From IMG/VR virus record IMGVR_UViG_3300049216_000249, positions 1,842 through 65,841 of that record: 64,000 nt of DNA, one strand, 5' to 3'. The notes below the pieces were generated by a model, which was not told the origin of the DNA, made no database searches, and saw only the letters and a list, made by a program, of their open reading frames with translations. This stretch comes from a virus. Lineage: Duplodnaviria; Caudoviricetes. Positions 45,859 to 54,637 of the stretch are shown here, one piece after another; position 1 is the first letter of the stretch; each line of letters begins with the position of its first letter. The position numbers were made by a program, and so were the translations under genes.

Positions 45859-47337
45859 CTAAGCTGCCGCGGCGAAGGGCTTTGGCTTTGCCGGCTCCTT
45901 ATCGTTGTCGGCTTCCTCGCTCTGAGCAGCCGCGGCTGCTTCAGCTACCGCCTCCGCGGACGTGGCCTGCTCGCCGATGAAATCAGAGAGATCGTCGTAG
46001 TCAAGGAGGAGCGGCGTTGGGAACATCAGCTTGTTCTCCCCGATCGTCTCATTTGCCCACTGGATCGTGCGCGCCTTGTTCCGAGGGTCGAGGTTCGGAA
46101 GAAGGACCTCAAGCAGGGCGATGACGCCCTTGAGTTTCACGTCTTCGACTTCAACCTTTTTCGAGTCAGGTTCCGTCAGCAGAGACGGCCACTCGGCCTG
46201 GAACGAATTCACCCACTGCCAATAGGCGTCCTTGTATTTCATCTTCCCGTATTCAGCGGGAAAATCGTCTTGTATCGTCTTGAAGAAGTCCTCGGTCCAA
46301 GCCTTACGCTGCACCACGTTGTCAAGAAACGCGTAGGCGGGCGCCATGTCAGCGCGCACGCCATCAATGAACTGGGCAACGGTCTTGGCATCCTCGGTGC
46401 CCTCACCAAAGCCCTCAGCGAAGGTCTGGCTGTTCAGGATGATGGCCGGCATTGGTGTGGACGAGGCGATGTTCTCTAAGATATTGCGGCGAGCCGTCGT
46501 GGATGCCTTATCCACGTTTTGCATGTCCAACGTCTCGATCGACTCATCGACGTCGATGTTGATCACGTTGGTGGTCTGGGCTTCCTTGACGATATCGCGC
46601 TTCAGGCCAAAGACGGCCTGCACGAACCCGTCAGTCATTGAGGCAACGGCCTTCATCTTGGCGACGATGACGCCCGCCTTCTTCGTCACCAGGTCATCGG
46701 TGATCATCGACTGCACAAACGATCGCAGCGGGAACAACGAGCGCTGGAAGACACTGCGGCCGGTATAACCGAAGGCGGATGACGACCACGCGATATAGAT
46801 CGGCGCCTCGTTGAATGTCACCAACGCGCGCGATGGGTGATAGACCTGACCCTGAACGATGACCGCAGTTGGCTTCTGATAGGTCGGCGAATTCGGGTCT
46901 TGGTCGTAGCCGATTGACCCTGCCGAGTTGAGGGGGTCGATGACGTTGAAGAACACGTTCGCCTGGCCAAGCCGATCTGGCGGTATGGCCTCAGCAGATA
47001 GTTTCCCGACCTCACCCAGAACGATGGTTCCAACGCCGTAGATACGCGCCACACGCATGTGATTGGCGACGGTCTTGTCGCAGTCCATCGCCTTCCACTG
47101 GTCGACGAAAGCGTCGCGCACCCGCGTGCCCGGGCTGTCGGTGATGGTGATGATCCGCTGCTGGCTTTGAGCCATCTGGATCGGCGTATCGACGATCTTC
47201 GAACCCAGAGGATGATAGAGATAGATCTCCTTGCATAGCTGGTACGACGGTTCCGCGCCCGGTGTGATCTCGTCGCACATCAGCAGGTTCTGAAGCGTCG
47301 ATCCCAGGGCCGAGCCGTTGATGGTGAGGGCTGCCAT
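45859..47337 (-). CDS. Portal protein (DUF1073-like)
   Basis: 492 aa after TerL; ARIYG, HPSR, GRSVFQ, GEGTEDA, WPSLL. Confidence 0.88.
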   Translation of the reverse strand: MAALTINGSALGSTLQNLLMCDEITPGAEPSYQLCKEIYLYHPLGSKIVDTPIQMAQSQQRIITITDSPGTRVRDAFVDQWKAMDCDKTVANHMRVARIYGVGTIVLGEVGKLSAEAIPPDRLGQANVFFNVIDPLNSAGSIGYDQDPNSPTYQKPTAVIVQGQVYHPSRALVTFNEAPIYIAWSSSAFGYTGRSVFQRSLFPLRSFVQSMITDDLVTKKAGVIVAKMKAVASMTDGFVQAVFGLKRDIVKEAQTTNVINIDVDESIETLDMQNVDKASTTARRNILENIASSTPMPAIILNSQTFAEGFGEGTEDAKTVAQFIDGVRADMAPAYAFLDNVVQRKAWTEDFFKTIQDDFPAEYGKMKYKDAYWQWVNSFQAEWPSLLTEPDSKKVEVEDVKLKGVIALLEVLLPNLDPRNKARTIQWANETIGENKLMFPTPLLLDYDDLSDFIGEQATSAEAVAEAAAAAQSEEADNDKEPAKPKPFAAAA

Positions 47338-47461
47338 GCGGTGACGCCTTTGCAGTGGTCGCCTGAGCGGCGGCAGGGGGTGGCGGGGCTAGCCAGAGGG
47401 CGCCGTCGCCATCTACGGTCTACCGTCCGGCGCAACGGATGCGCGGCCATGGAGTAGACGC

Positions 47462-47746
47462 ATGATCGGCGCCATTATCTTGCTGCTGTTTATCGACCTG
47501 TTCTTCTGGGTCCCGTTGGCTTCCGAGAAGTCCAACGATCCCTGCGGCGCGCTCGTTTCAATAATGGCGACGATCGCGACAAGTCAGGGCGACCCACCGC
47601 CGCCTCTCGTATCAGCCATCGGCACCCCGATAGTCGAAGCGGCAGTCTCCAGGCGCTATAATGTGCCAGCGTTTCTTGGATGCACGGCCCTCTATTGGAA
47701 GCTCAAGATATCGCCGAACTCCATCAAGGATTTCCAGGCCCCCTAA
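47462..47746 (+). CDS. Moron: small membrane-anchored protein
   Basis: Opposite strand between TerL and portal; SD GGAG; N-terminal TM; 2 Cys. Confidence 0.7.
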   Translation: MIGAIILLLFIDLFFWVPLASEKSNDPCGALVSIMATIATSQGDPPPPLVSAIGTPIVEAAVSRRYNVPAFLGCTALYWKLKISPNSIKDFQAP

Positions 47747-47934
47747 CCCTTGCTGGCCTTCAGCAGCGCAGCCGACATATCAGCATGGCTACCGAGGTGG
47801 GCGGCTCCGGCCTGGCGGCTTTGGTGTTGCCGGATATCCTCCAGCATCGCCTGCACGTCGGTCCACGCGATGGCGATGCTGCCCGCCGGGGAATTCAGGG
47901 CAATGCCCTGCTGGTTGGACGAAACCTTGACCAT
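47743..47934 (-). CDS. Small hypothetical protein
   Basis: ATG 3 nt after the TerL stop. Confidence 0.5.
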   Translation of the reverse strand: MVKVSSNQQGIALNSPAGSIAIAWTDVQAMLEDIRQHQSRQAGAAHLGSHADMSAALLKASKG

Positions 47935-47936
47935 GG

Positions 47937-49223
47937 TCAGATGCCCTTATTGTTGCCCAGGGAACACGCGATGCCGTACACGAAGGCATCGAGCAGATCG
48001 TCTTCCTTGTTTTCCACGCCGATACGGAAGCCGAACACCTGGGTCAGCATGTGATTTCGGCTACGTTCCTTGAACGTCACGATCTTGTCGTAGGCATGGG
48101 CCGATATCTTGACCTTGCCCTGGTAGACGTAATCCGAGACGCTGATGGCGCGCTCGTCCTTGCCAAGCGAGGTCAGCACGCTATCGATCGCATGGGCCGG
48201 CCAGTTCCGACGCTTCGCCTGCTGAAGCAGGATCGTGCCGCTCACCTTGTCCTCGATCCATGTGCCCACGCTGCCCATCCGGGCGCTGCACGCCGTGGCG
48301 AAGTCGTTCAGTCGCCGGAACACCCCCGGTAGCCACGTCGCCAGCAGGTCGCCCTCGATCTGGATGACCTCCCAATCCAGTAGGATCAGGGGGTGCCCGG
48401 CGAACCGGCTGCGCGCCCAGAAGCAGACGGCTGTGGCGTCGTTCTCACGCCCAGTCTTGACCGCGGTGTCGATGGTGGCGAACACCATGTCGCACTTGGC
48501 CGGATAGGGGACCGGATTTCCATCGACCAGGCAGTTCGCCAGATCGAAGAACTGCACACCAGACCAGTCGATGAACTTGGCGTTGTATTCCTGGCTGAAC
48601 ACCAGGGGAGGCTTTGTCGCTTCCAAACGCGTTAATTCGGCGGCCGGCATGTACGGATTGGTCGAGGTCGGCGCGTGGAACTCGGTGAACCCATGCTCGG
48701 GCTCGTTGCAGATGCGCCAGAAGAAGTTGTCCTGGCTGATCCCGTTTGGCGTCGACATAACGACTGCGCTGCCGGAATAGTCCAGCAGGGTAGGCGAGAT
48801 GGAAAGGTTCCAGGTGTCCATCATCTCCGGCTTGGTGAAAGCCGCTTCGTCGATGATGATCAGATGATACTTGCGGCCGCGGCCGGCCCGGTCGTTGTCC
48901 AGCGTCCAGAAGTCGAGCCGACCGCCAGACACCGTGCGTATGCCGCCAGCGATCGACCCGCGCTTTCGGATCGGCGCCACCAGGTCCATGATCTCGTTGT
49001 AGGGCTCGGTCAGGAACTTATAGACCGGCGTGAACCATCCGACTCGCTTGCCCTTTGCGATGGCGTCACAGGCAAGCACCTTGCCCATGTCCGTCTTGCC
49101 CCAGCGCCGCCCGCATCGAATGGCCTTGAAGCGCGCCCGGTTCCCATCAGCATCTTGCTGATGGTAGGCGTCGATCTGACCTTGATGCAGAGTGGGCAAA
49201 CGCAGCGTGTACTCGCGGGTCAA
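47937..49223 (-). CDS. terL: Terminase large subunit
   Basis: GRRWGKT Walker A, IIDEAAF Walker B, STPNG, IDTA..NDATA, DDLLDA. Confidence 0.95.
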   Translation of the reverse strand: MTREYTLRLPTLHQGQIDAYHQQDADGNRARFKAIRCGRRWGKTDMGKVLACDAIAKGKRVGWFTPVYKFLTEPYNEIMDLVAPIRKRGSIAGGIRTVSGGRLDFWTLDNDRAGRGRKYHLIIIDEAAFTKPEMMDTWNLSISPTLLDYSGSAVVMSTPNGISQDNFFWRICNEPEHGFTEFHAPTSTNPYMPAAELTRLEATKPPLVFSQEYNAKFIDWSGVQFFDLANCLVDGNPVPYPAKCDMVFATIDTAVKTGRENDATAVCFWARSRFAGHPLILLDWEVIQIEGDLLATWLPGVFRRLNDFATACSARMGSVGTWIEDKVSGTILLQQAKRRNWPAHAIDSVLTSLGKDERAISVSDYVYQGKVKISAHAYDKIVTFKERSRNHMLTQVFGFRIGVENKEDDLLDAFVYGIACSLGNNKGI

Positions 49224-49645
49224 TCGGGCAACCCGCCGATGATGGTGATCTTCACCGACTCCTTCGGGCCGTCGTCATCACCGCCGCTTCCGGGTGGAGG
49301 GGGCGGTGGCGCGGACTGGTTCCAGTTTTCCCGATCGTGCGTGCGCAGGTAGAAGATGGCGGCCGTCAGGTTTCCCTTGATCGCCTGGATGGCCAGGCTG
49401 GCGCCGATCTTCGCGACGATGCGTGCCTTGCCGGTTTCCATCTCGACCCGGAAATGCCGGTAGAGAGTGTTTTCCGAGCAGCCGATTTCCGAGGCGATGT
49501 CCGCAGGGTCGATGCCGTTCGATCGCAAGATCATGACCATGTTGCGCTGCTGGTCGGTCGGCTTAAAGAGAGGCCGTCCCATCTTCTTCGGGGTCGTCAC
49601 CTTGCGCTTGCGAGGCGGCTTTGTTCCTGTGCCTTTTGTCGCCAC
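49220..49645 (-). CDS. terS: Terminase small subunit (HTH)
   Basis: IASEIGCSENTLYRHF..E...G, GNLTAAIFYL; coupled to terL. Confidence 0.85.
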   Translation of the reverse strand: MATKGTGTKPPRKRKVTTPKKMGRPLFKPTDQQRNMVMILRSNGIDPADIASEIGCSENTLYRHFRVEMETGKARIVAKIGASLAIQAIKGNLTAAIFYLRTHDRENWNQSAPPPPPPGSGGDDDGPKESVKITIIGGLPD

Positions 49646-49789
49646 TGGGGCCGCTCCGATACGGAGAAAAAGACCTGCTCCGTTTGGTCGGATTGCGCTC
49701 GACGGGCTGGACTTGTCGGATTAGAGCCAGAGACCAGCGTGGGCATAGGCCCCGGCAGACACGGGGGAAAGCCCCCAGGAGACGAACAG

Positions 49790-50056
49790 ATGAGCTACAT
49801 CGTTCCTGGCCGGAAGCCACGCAAGCCGCATCCTGCCGACGTCTATCATGCGCAGCAGGTAGCAAGGGCCGTTAGCTTCATGGCCTATTTTCGCAAGGGT
49901 CCCGATCAGACATTCCGCGTGCCGGCTACAACCCTTGAAGAGGCGCGCCGCCTTGCCGGCGTTCTTACAAAAGAACACGGGCAGTGGGGGCGTCGCGCGG
50001 TGATCTATGCCATCACGCCCGAGGGAAACTCGTTTCCCGTTGGATTAAACGATTGA
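49790..50056 (+). CDS. Moron: small basic hypothetical protein
   Basis: SD AGGAG, MSYIVPGRKP...; antisense within the late operon; overlaps the MTase 3' end. Confidence 0.7.
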   Translation: MSYIVPGRKPRKPHPADVYHAQQVARAVSFMAYFRKGPDQTFRVPATTLEEARRLAGVLTKEHGQWGRRAVIYAITPEGNSFPVGLND

Positions 50057-50844
50057 TCGGGCACGTCGCCAAATTCGACCGGCCCGATTGCCTGGGTTGC
50101 CTTTTTTGGATCGCCCTTCACAAACACGAAGATGTTCTGGTGGGTCTTGCCCAGCTTGCGGCCTGACTCAAATTGCTTTCCGGCGCGCACGGGCAAGGAG
50201 CCCACTGCCGTCACCAGAACCGCCTCGTTGTAGAGGTGCAGGCCTGCGTCCTGAAATGCCTTCACGGTATGCCATGGGAAGCCGTAGTAGAGGCCGCGCT
50301 TGTCTCGCACGTCGCCGACCACGATACAGGCAAAGCGGTTTGCCTTGAGCCGTCCGCAAGCCGCGGTGATGATGGCGCGGTAGGACACCAGAAAGTCGCC
50401 GTATTTCATGGTCGACAGGTCTGCTGGGTTTTCACTGTAGACTTCGAGGTCCGCGTAGGGCGGGCAGGTGAACACGAAGTCAGCGTCGACGTCGGCCGCT
50501 GCGGTGGCGATCGTGGCGCTATCGCCCTCGATCCATCGCGGAAGCGGGTCGCTGCAGATGGCCGACGCCTGCGCCCGGTTGGCGGCGATCTGCATGCCGG
50601 ATAGGTCCATGCCCACGTAGGTTCGGCCAAGCTTGCTGGCGACGATGCCGCGCACGCTGCCTCCGGCAAATGGGTCTAGTACGGTGCCGCCCTTGGGGCA
50701 GAACCAGCGATAGGCCAGTTCGCACAACACCGGGTCGAAGATGGATGTTCCGCTACTCGGTACGCCCGGGCCTTTACCGATCCGATGTTCATCACGCATG
50801 AGATCTTGCCCGAACGTGCGGGCATCTGCTTTACGCTGCGGCAT
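50005..50844 (-). CDS. Amino-methyltransferase (N4/N6) catalytic part
   Basis: SIFDPVLCELAYRWF, VLDPFAGGSVRG, FTCPPYADLE. Confidence 0.85.
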   Translation of the reverse strand: MPQRKADARTFGQDLMRDEHRIGKGPGVPSSGTSIFDPVLCELAYRWFCPKGGTVLDPFAGGSVRGIVASKLGRTYVGMDLSGMQIAANRAQASAICSDPLPRWIEGDSATIATAAADVDADFVFTCPPYADLEVYSENPADLSTMKYGDFLVSYRAIITAACGRLKANRFACIVVGDVRDKRGLYYGFPWHTVKAFQDAGLHLYNEAVLVTAVGSLPVRAGKQFESGRKLGKTHQNIFVFVKGDPKKATQAIGPVEFGDVPDQSFNPTGNEFPSGVMA

Positions 50845-51487
50845 GCTTCGCCCGATCAAGCGGCATAGGCGCCCCCCCCGGTATCGCATTTTCACCGCGG
50901 CCGAGCTCTGACTGGATGCCCATCGACAGCCAAGCACGCTTACGATCCTGCCACCAGCCATCGCGGGCCGATAAGACTGAAAACGGCGGCACACCGAAGC
51001 GATCGGCCAAGCGCCCATGTGGTTCATCGCCTGGCGCGGCGCCGGGATCGCCCGATCGACCCAGAAGCGAAGTCAGATCGCCAATATCGAAGCCCGTCAG
51101 CGCCAGGTTAAAGCCTTCGACTTCGAGATCAGCGATTTCGAGTTTCAGCATATCGCTGTCCCACCCGCTGTCCAGCGCGATGGCGTTGTCGGCTAGGACG
51201 TAGGCTTTACGCTGCGCCTTCGTCATGTGCGAAAGGTCAACGGTTGGGCCCATGGCGGGATCGTCGTTGCCCGGTATTGCGATACCCGAACCATGCAACG
51301 CGATAGCGGCCGCAAGCCGGCCGTGCCCGGCAATCATCACATTGTCCGCAACAAGCATCGGGTTGGTCCAACCGAACTCGACCAAGCTTGCCTTGATCTT
51401 GTTCAACTGGCCGGGCGAATGCGTCCGAGCATTTCGGGCGTAGGGGACCAAATCGGCGAGCGGCCGGTAAACGATCTCGATGGCCAT
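50831..51487 (-). CDS. ParB-N domain protein (N-terminal part of a ParB-MTase)
   Basis: LVPYARNARTHS, FGWTNP, IAGHGRL, LADN; PPFSVL...WQDRKRAW. Confidence 0.85.
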   Translation of the reverse strand: MAIEIVYRPLADLVPYARNARTHSPGQLNKIKASLVEFGWTNPMLVADNVMIAGHGRLAAAIALHGSGIAIPGNDDPAMGPTVDLSHMTKAQRKAYVLADNAIALDSGWDSDMLKLEIADLEVEGFNLALTGFDIGDLTSLLGRSGDPGAAPGDEPHGRLADRFGVPPFSVLSARDGWWQDRKRAWLSMGIQSELGRGENAIPGGAPMPLDRAKHAAA

Positions 51488-51615
51488 GGGACCGCCATGC
51501 AATAGATGGCCGAACCCGGCGGCTCGGCGCTCACGTTTCCAGGCCCGTGAGATGGCGCCCAGGGGACGCCGCCGGCCCGTTGCCCCTATGGGCTCTGTAT
51601 GCGGGCGCGCCTCCC

Positions 51616-51720
51616 AAAAAGACACGCCTGCGACGCCGTGAAGCAGCGGAGGCGGGTAGTTTGGTTGGGAGGAAACGTCCAGCCGGCGGACCGTTCGGGA
51701 AGAACCATTCGCGCCAGCGT
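51616..51720 (-). ncRNA. Putative anti-SD small RNA (AbcR/alpha-r15-like architecture)
   Basis: Hairpin with UUCCC loop, single-stranded GUUUCCUCCC, terminator hairpin plus UUUUU. Confidence 0.5.
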
Positions 51721-51831
51721 GGTAATTCCTGCCTTTCCGGCTCGGCGTGCCGCAAGCCCATTTTGCACATTGCCGTGATCGAATTGGGATCATGAAACAC
51801 TAGAACATTGATTTTGGCTGATAGAATTTCA

Positions 51832-51864
51832 TTGCGCGCGCCACCCGGATGTGCAGAATGCACA
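51832..51864 (+). promoter_or_regulatory. Rightward promoter with perfect operator
   Basis: TTGCGC-N16-CAGAAT; TGTGCA-GAA-TGCACA at 51850-51864. Confidence 0.75.
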
Positions 51865-51915
51865 CCAAGGACAACGAGGTGTGATGATGACCCGCCAAAG
51901 CCAAGCGATCCCGGC

Positions 51916-52074
51916 ATGACGCATCCTCTGACCATCTACCCTCGGGACCGGCGGGGGCAACAATCCATCGGCCGTCAACCCAAGGTCCGAGGCGCTTCCC
52001 GTGTGTGGCGCGCTGCCATGTTTGCCGCGGTCTGCCTCGCGCTGGGGATCGTGTTCGCCCTGGTGACGGCATGA
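51916..52074 (+). CDS. Small single-pass membrane protein
   Basis: C-terminal AAMFAAVCLALGIVFALVTA; ATGA overlaps. Confidence 0.6.
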   Translation: MTHPLTIYPRDRRGQQSIGRQPKVRGASRVWRAAMFAAVCLALGIVFALVTA

Positions 52075-52739
52075 GGACCGTGACGGTGATGCTGCCGGAG
52101 AACCACCCGGCGTTCATGGCCCTTGGCGGGGCTGAATTCGTGGCGGCGGCCGAGGACATTGCGACCAGCGCGCGGCGCGGCATTGTCGGGACCGGCCCCA
52201 TCGAACTGACGATCCCAGCCAACCACCCGGCGCTGTTTCAGCCACACGCCACCAACCCATGCGACGAAGCGCTGAACGACCTGGTGGGCCGGGCCCGTGA
52301 TGCGCGGGTGCTGTGGCAGATCACCGAACCGAACACGCGGCGGCTGATGGCGGCATATCAGCGCCTGATGTCTGGGTCTTACGAAAAGACCAACCTGCAC
52401 GAAACGCTGTGCCGCCTGGGCGTGACCGACTTCCATGGCTTGATCAGCACCGCGATCCCGTCCGCCTTGGCATGCGTCCCTGGGCCGAACAGCGTCGCGC
52501 CCAACGGCCTGTCGATCGCTGGACCGCTGGTCCGGCTGAACGGCTGCGCGACCTTCGGCGGCGAGGTCGAAATCTACTGGAACGATCAGCACTCGGTGTA
52601 CCGCCGCCCGGGCGAGATCAACGACTGCCGCTTTGATGCGCCCGGCGCCGAGCAGGTGTTCGTGGACGTCGACGGCAACGAGTGGCTGGCCAGCGACCTG
52701 GCCGCGCCGGAAGCCTTATCCGAACGGGCGGCAGCGTGA
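52071..52739 (+). CDS. Hypothetical protein
   Basis: Internal repeat LPENHPAF / IPANHPAL; coupled to its neighbours. Confidence 0.75.
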   Translation: MRTVTVMLPENHPAFMALGGAEFVAAAEDIATSARRGIVGTGPIELTIPANHPALFQPHATNPCDEALNDLVGRARDARVLWQITEPNTRRLMAAYQRLMSGSYEKTNLHETLCRLGVTDFHGLISTAIPSALACVPGPNSVAPNGLSIAGPLVRLNGCATFGGEVEIYWNDQHSVYRRPGEINDCRFDAPGAEQVFVDVDGNEWLASDLAAPEALSERAAA

Positions 52740-52951
52740 GCCGTCGACCCTGCGATCCTGTGTCACCGCAGCAGGCGAAGGTGCTGACGCTGGTGGCCGA
52801 AGGTCTGTCCAACAAGGAGATTGCCCGCCGGGCCGGTATCTCGCCCAGCACCGTGAAAGTCCATCTGGAACGGGCCTACGCGCGGCTTTCAGCGCCCGAG
52901 CGCGTGGCGGCTGCGAATCGCTTCATCGAACTATCGGGAACGCCAACATGA
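52736..52951 (+). CDS. Stand-alone LuxR-type HTH
   Basis: VLTLVAEGLSNKEIARRAGISPSTVKVHL. Confidence 0.88.
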   Translation: MSRRPCDPVSPQQAKVLTLVAEGLSNKEIARRAGISPSTVKVHLERAYARLSAPERVAAANRFIELSGTPT

Positions 52952-53367
52952 TCAAGCTCTATTTTGCCCATCCGGTTTCGGACTTCAACACGCCCTTCGA
53001 AGCCAAGGTGGTGACCGCGCTGACCGCCGCAGGGTTCGATGTCGAGAACCCCAACTCGCCGGAAAACCAGAAGGGCTATGCCGAGCGGGGGTTCAAGTTC
53101 ACGAAGGAGGTGCGGGCGAAATGCGATGCCATCGCGTTCCTGCGCTTCCCGTGCCTCATGCTTGGGTCAGGTGTGGCTGCCGAGGTGGCAGACTTCCGCA
53201 AGCGCGGCCTGCCCATCTACGAGATCGACGCCGCCACGTTGACGGTGGTCGATCGACCGGACGTGCTGGTCAACGTGCTGGACCCGATGTTCACGCGCGA
53301 GGAAACGGCGCTGATGAAGCGGCAGCCCAACGGTGGGCGTCTAGTCGACGAACAAGCCGCCGCCTGA
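52948..53367 (+). CDS. Nucleoside 2-deoxyribosyltransferase-like protein
   Basis: KLYFAHP, VENP, CDAIAF, SGVAAEV, GLPIY. Confidence 0.7.
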   Translation: MIKLYFAHPVSDFNTPFEAKVVTALTAAGFDVENPNSPENQKGYAERGFKFTKEVRAKCDAIAFLRFPCLMLGSGVAAEVADFRKRGLPIYEIDAATLTVVDRPDVLVNVLDPMFTREETALMKRQPNGGRLVDEQAAA

Positions 53368-53699
53368 TGGAAGGCGCTGCCATCTCCCGGGACCTGTTCG
53401 GCGAGAACTATCCCGGCGCCGAGTGCTACCCGGAAGAGGCGAAGAAGGCCGGGTTGCCGCTGCCCATCCATCCGGCAGTCGAGATGCGCCAGGCGTTGTT
53501 GGTGCTGGGCCCGATCTACTCGGCGGTGTGCGATGGCATCCGGGTCGAGTGCGATGGTCCCATTCGCGCCTTGTGTGGCGCCATGTGGGCCTCCGGTGTG
53601 ACCGATAGCGCCATGCAGGTGGTGGACGAGGCGGGCAAGGCGGTCTGCTTCGTCGAGAGCATCTACGAAATGGCCAAGATCGGGAGCATGAAGCCGTGA
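53367..53699 (+). CDS. Hypothetical protein
   Basis: TGATG coupling; MEGAAISRDLFG... Confidence 0.65.
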   Translation: MEGAAISRDLFGENYPGAECYPEEAKKAGLPLPIHPAVEMRQALLVLGPIYSAVCDGIRVECDGPIRALCGAMWASGVTDSAMQVVDEAGKAVCFVESIYEMAKIGSMKP

Positions 53700-54637
53700 C
53701 CTACTTTGCCCGGTCACAAGACTTCGACGATCTGATGTTCGACGACGATGATATCCTGTTGCTTGTGGCAAAGCAGTTGGCAGGGCCGGTCTATCGGCAC
53801 ACGCGAGTTGGGCCGAAGAAGAAAGCGATATCCCTCGGCGGTTCGGATCGGCGCCAGGACGGCGGGACGTTATCCAGGTTCGAGGGGGTAAAAGCACACG
53901 GTAGCCGGATCTCCGCGGCACTACCCGCCGATCACGCCGCTCTATCGGAAAACCGCACCATCTTTCCGAAGTCCGTTGTGCGTGCAGACCTGTCGCCTTG
54001 GGTGCTGGTATCCGGCCACAACTCGTCCAAGATCGGCAAGCGCGTGATGAAGGGACCATGGCGCGGCTTTCCAATCTACACAGTCACCCTGGAAGAGCGG
54101 GCAACCTGCCCGTCGTCCTGCACCCTTCTGCGCGAATGCTATGGCAATTCGATGCCATACGCGCGGCGCCACCAGGCCGGATCGGAACTGATCGCAGCCC
54201 TGGACGCCGAGCTTCGCCAGAAGGCTAAGAAGCATCCCCGAGGGTTCGCCGTCCGGGTTCACGTCTTGGGCGACTTCTACAGCCTCGATTACGCCAAACA
54301 GTGGCTTCGGTGGATGGTCGAAATCCCGTCACTGCATGTTTGGGGCTACACGGCGCACAGCATGTGGTCCGAGATCGGCCGCTGGATTGATGCGGGCAAC
54401 GACGAGTGGCCGGACCGGTGGGCGTTCAGGTTCAGTGTCGGCGAGGCCGAGGCGGACCGCGGATACACGGCCACCACCATCTGGCGCAAGCCGGGCGAGT
54501 CGATCGTGGCCGAGGGGCAGGTGTGTCCGATGCAGCAGGGCAAGACGCAGGCGTGCGCGCTGTGCTGGGCGCCGGCCGCGGCGGCAACCCGGATCGTGTT
54601 CATTGGACACGGGATGGGAACGAGGAAGGCGGCATGA
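53696..54637 (+). CDS. gp88-like (radical-SAM-derived) protein
   Basis: NSSKIG, TCPSSC...CYG, RVHVLGDF, WGYT, VCP.Q..KTQACALCW. Confidence 0.7.
   Translation: MTYFARSQDFDDLMFDDDDILLLVAKQLAGPVYRHTRVGPKKKAISLGGSDRRQDGGTLSRFEGVKAHGSRISAALPADHAALSENRTIFPKSVVRADLSPWVLVSGHNSSKIGKRVMKGPWRGFPIYTVTLEERATCPSSCTLLRECYGNSMPYARRHQAGSELIAALDAELRQKAKKHPRGFAVRVHVLGDFYSLDYAKQWLRWMVEIPSLHVWGYTAHSMWSEIGRWIDAGNDEWPDRWAFRFSVGEAEADRGYTATTIWRKPGESIVAEGQVCPMQQGKTQACALCWAPAAAATRIVFIGHGMGTRKAA

Noticed and set aside
45859-47337. DUF1073 protein as an anti-CBASS (Acb1-like) nuclease
   Set aside because: Size and position between TerL and MuF fit a portal; no HxT/HxS phosphoesterase motif pair is evident
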